From positions 1,020,001 to 1,052,000 of the forward strand of contig NC_007517.1 in the NCBI RefSeq assembly GCF_000012925.1: a stretch of 32,000 nt of DNA. Direction: 5' to 3'. A program made the translations under genes and the position numbers. Positions within the stretch are counted from its first letter, which is position 1; each line of letters begins with the position of its first letter. This DNA is from Geobacter metallireducens GS-15. Its GTDB lineage: Bacteria > Desulfobacterota > Desulfuromonadia > Geobacterales > Geobacteraceae. Below, piece by piece: positions 29,887-32,000 of this stretch. The notes beneath the pieces are model-generated. The model saw only the letters and a list, made by a program, of their open reading frames with translations, was not told the DNA's origin and made no database searches.

Positions 29887-31230
29887 ATGCCCATGAACAC
29901 AAATGAAATGATCGAAACCGTCGCCACCCTCCTGAAGGACCGTCCCCTGGACGGGTGGGAGGTTGCCGCCGCAACGTCGCGCCTACTCTCCATCGAGGTG
30001 AAGGAGCAGAAGGTGGACACCTTCAAGTGCTCCGCCCCGGGCGGGGTAAGCATCCGGGTCCTGAAGAACGGCGGCATGGGGTTCTCGTACTCCACCAGCA
30101 TGGAGCCTGCCGACCTTGCCCGCATGGTGGAAAACGCCCTCGTGGGGGCCGGAGCCCAGACCCCCGATGAGCACCATGCCTTTCCCGAGCCCCGTCCCGG
30201 TTCGGAGATCCCCGGGCTCTACGACGAGGGGCTGGCGGCCGTGCCCGAAGCGGAGAAGGTGGCGCGGGCCATGGAGCTGGAGCGGCTCGTCATGGCTGCC
30301 GACCCGCGGGTGAAGCGGGTGCGCAAATGCTCCTTCGGCGAGTCGACGGTGGAGACCCGTATCGTCAACTCCCGTGGCGTCGATGCCACCTGCCGGGGTA
30401 CGTCGGTGTCGGCCAGCGTCTCGGCTATCGCCGAGGAAAGCGGCAATTCCCAGATGGGGTGGGACTTCGACTTCGCCAACCATTTCACCGATCTGTCCGT
30501 TGACCGGATCGCGACACGGGCCGTGGCCAAGGCGGTGGGGCTTCTGGGGGCCGCGAAGATCCCGACCATGCGCTGTCCGGCGGTTCTCGACAACTACGTG
30601 GCCACCGAAATCCTGGAGGTGCTCGCCTCCGCCTTCCTGGCCGAGAGCGTCCAGAAGGGGAAGTCGCTCCTGGTGGGGAAAAAGGGAACCCGGATTGTCA
30701 GCCCCCTCCTCCGGATTCGGGATGACGGGACCCTCCCCGGCGGCATGGGGACTGCCCCCTTCGATGCCGAGGGGGTGCCGAAGCAGAACACAATCCTCGT
30801 GGAGGACGGCGTGCTCCGTGGCTACCTCTACGACACTCTCCGGGCCCGAAAAGACGGTGTCGCTTCCACCGGCAATGCCAGCCGCGGCGGCATCAAGTCC
30901 CCTCCCCACATGGGAGTGTCCAACCTCTTCATCGAGAACGGCACCGTCCCCTTCGATGACCTCATGGCCGGCATCGGGCGGGGGATCCTTCTCACCGACG
31001 TCATGGGGATGCACACCGCCAATCCCATCTCCGGCGACTTCTCCGTGGGGGCCGCCGGTTTCCTCATCGAAGAGGGGAAGGTGACGGTTCCGGTCAAGGG
31101 AATCGCCATCTCCGGGAATATTCTGGAACTCTTCCAGGGAGTGGAAGGGGTGGGGAACGACCTTCGGCTTTACGGCACCGTGGGGGCGCCGTCGCTGCGG
31201 ATCGCAGCCCTTGATGTGAGCGGCGAGTAG
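29887..31230 (+). CDS. pmbA: TldD/PmbA-family metalloprotease subunit (PmbA/TldE type; no HExxxH motif seen)
   Basis: 447 aa. GGMGFSYS near the N-terminus, and GDFSVGAAGFLIEEGK and GAPSLRI near the C-terminus, typical of PmbA. Confidence 0.85.
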   Translation: MPMNTNEMIETVATLLKDRPLDGWEVAAATSRLLSIEVKEQKVDTFKCSAPGGVSIRVLKNGGMGFSYSTSMEPADLARMVENALVGAGAQTPDEHHAFPEPRPGSEIPGLYDEGLAAVPEAEKVARAMELERLVMAADPRVKRVRKCSFGESTVETRIVNSRGVDATCRGTSVSASVSAIAEESGNSQMGWDFDFANHFTDLSVDRIATRAVAKAVGLLGAAKIPTMRCPAVLDNYVATEILEVLASAFLAESVQKGKSLLVGKKGTRIVSPLLRIRDDGTLPGGMGTAPFDAEGVPKQNTILVEDGVLRGYLYDTLRARKDGVASTGNASRGGIKSPPHMGVSNLFIENGTVPFDDLMAGIGRGILLTDVMGMHTANPISGDFSVGAAGFLIEEGKVTVPVKGIAISGNILELFQGVEGVGNDLRLYGTVGAPSLRIAALDVSGE

Positions 31231-31267
31231 GCTGCCATTACAGACCCGGAGTACCGGGCCGGTCAAT

Positions 31268-31316
31268 GAAACCGCCATGTTCGGATTAATACCGGGTGGC
31301 GGTTTCGTGATTTCAG
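31268..31316 (+). terminator. Candidate terminator-like hairpin after pmbA
   Basis: GAAACCGCCA (31268-31277) is the perfect reverse complement of TGGCGGTTTC (31297-31306). The loop is large (19 nt) and the trailing T-tract is weak (gtgattt). Confidence 0.45.
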
Positions 31317-31317
31317 G

Positions 31318-31346
31318 TTGACAAACACCGGGCGAGTGCGGAGAAT
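31318..31346 (+). promoter_or_regulatory. Candidate sigma70-type promoter TTGACA-N17-GAGAAT for iorA
   Basis: TTGACA at 31318-31323, a 17-nt spacer, then GAGAAT at 31341-31346, about 30 nt upstream of the iorA start. Pattern match only. Confidence 0.35.
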
Positions 31347-31376
31347 TCTCTGATTTTGCGTTGGGAGGAAAAGCAG

Positions 31377-32000
31377 GTGAGTGAACGAATGCTGTTGCTC
31401 GGCAATGAAGCCATGGCCCACGGCCTTGTGGAGGCAGGATGCAACGTGGTGGCCTCCTATCCCGGTACCCCCGCCTCGGAGATCCTTTCGTCCGTGGCCC
31501 AGTGGCGGGCCCGTTATGATCTCCCCATGCACGTGGAGTGGGCGGTGAACGAGAAGGTGGCCCTGGAGATCGCCTATGCGGCGTCCCAGGCGGGACTGCG
31601 GGCCGCAACCGCCATGAAGCAGGTGGGGCTCAACGTGGCCTCCGACCCGTTCATGAGCGCCGCCTACCTGGGGGTAAAGGGGGGCTTTCTGGTCATCAGC
31701 GCCGACGACCCCGGTCCCCACTCCTCCCAGACCGAGCAGGACAGCCGCCTCATGGCCATGGGCGCCAAGGTGCCGGTGCTGGACCCCGACTCGCCGGAAC
31801 AGGCCCGGGAGTTGGTGAAAGTCGGTTTCGAGCTCTCCGAGGCCTTCGAGATTCCGGTCATGCTCCGCCCCACCACCCGGGTCTGCCACGCCAACCAGGA
31901 CATCCTCCCCGGTCCCGTGGCCCCATCGGACCGCAAAGCCCTTTTCGAGAAAAACCCGGCCCGCTGGGCCGCCACCCCCAAGTTTCGCCACCGTCTCCAC
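31377..32000 (+). CDS. iorA: Indolepyruvate:ferredoxin oxidoreductase alpha subunit, 5' part (continues beyond the window)
   Basis: Hand translation: (VSER)MLLLGNEAMAHGLVEAGCNVVASYPGTPASEILSSV...AVNEKVALEIAYAASQAGLRAATAMKQVGLNVASDPFM...VISADDPGPHSSQTEQDSRL...PVMLRPTTRVCH, open to position 32000. GTG at 31377 lies 8 nt after GGAGG; an in-frame ATG at 31389 is the alternative start. It is not in the ORF track because no stop falls inside the window. Confidence 0.8.
   Translation, partial: MSERMLLLGNEAMAHGLVEAGCNVVASYPGTPASEILSSVAQWRARYDLPMHVEWAVNEKVALEIAYAASQAGLRAATAMKQVGLNVASDPFMSAAYLGVKGGFLVISADDPGPHSSQTEQDSRLMAMGAKVPVLDPDSPEQARELVKVGFELSEAFEIPVMLRPTTRVCHANQDILPGPVAPSDRKALFEKNPARWAATPKFRHRLH

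Overview
High-GC chromosomal window that looks Geobacter/Desulfuromonadales-like, judged from gene content and codon bias. No rRNA, tRNA, CRISPR array, transposase or integrase was seen. Layout from left to right: (1) The 3' end of a cupin/RmlC-like gene, then a translationally coupled rod-shape operon mreC-mreD-mrdA(PBP2)-rodA (264-4592, three ATGA overlaps). (2) An 845-bp, visibly AT-richer non-coding region (4593-5437). (3) A ~12-kb same-strand block of four secreted proteins: an octaheme c-type cytochrome with two C-terminal IPT/Ig-like domains (OmcZ-like, 5438-6907), a strong intrinsic terminator, a subtilisin-family S8 protease (OzpA-like, 7000-8502), a SurA/PrsA-like parvulin PPIase (8524-9516), and a 2,636-aa Thr/Ala-rich repeat protein (9621-17531). 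The repeat protein carries cadherin-like and MBG/Ig-like modules, several near-perfect or perfect in-frame DNA tandem duplications, and a C-terminal dockerin. (4) Housekeeping genes: plsC-like acyltransferase, rnhA, a small HNH endonuclease and a HAD phosphatase on the + strand; a glgP-rarA-pfkA operon on the - strand; then nadK-recN. (5) An overlapping small-protein/HDOD/pseudo-receiver-GGDDF signalling cassette. (6) A GNAT acetyltransferase, pmbA and the 5' part of iorA. The most interesting content is the cytochrome-nanowire-type module. The cytochrome/protease pair matches the described OmcZ/OzpA system of Geobacter sulfurreducens by architecture and synteny. The co-located PPIase and the giant dockerin-tailed repeat protein have no role I know of. 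All similarity statements rest on motif recognition by eye; no database search was possible.
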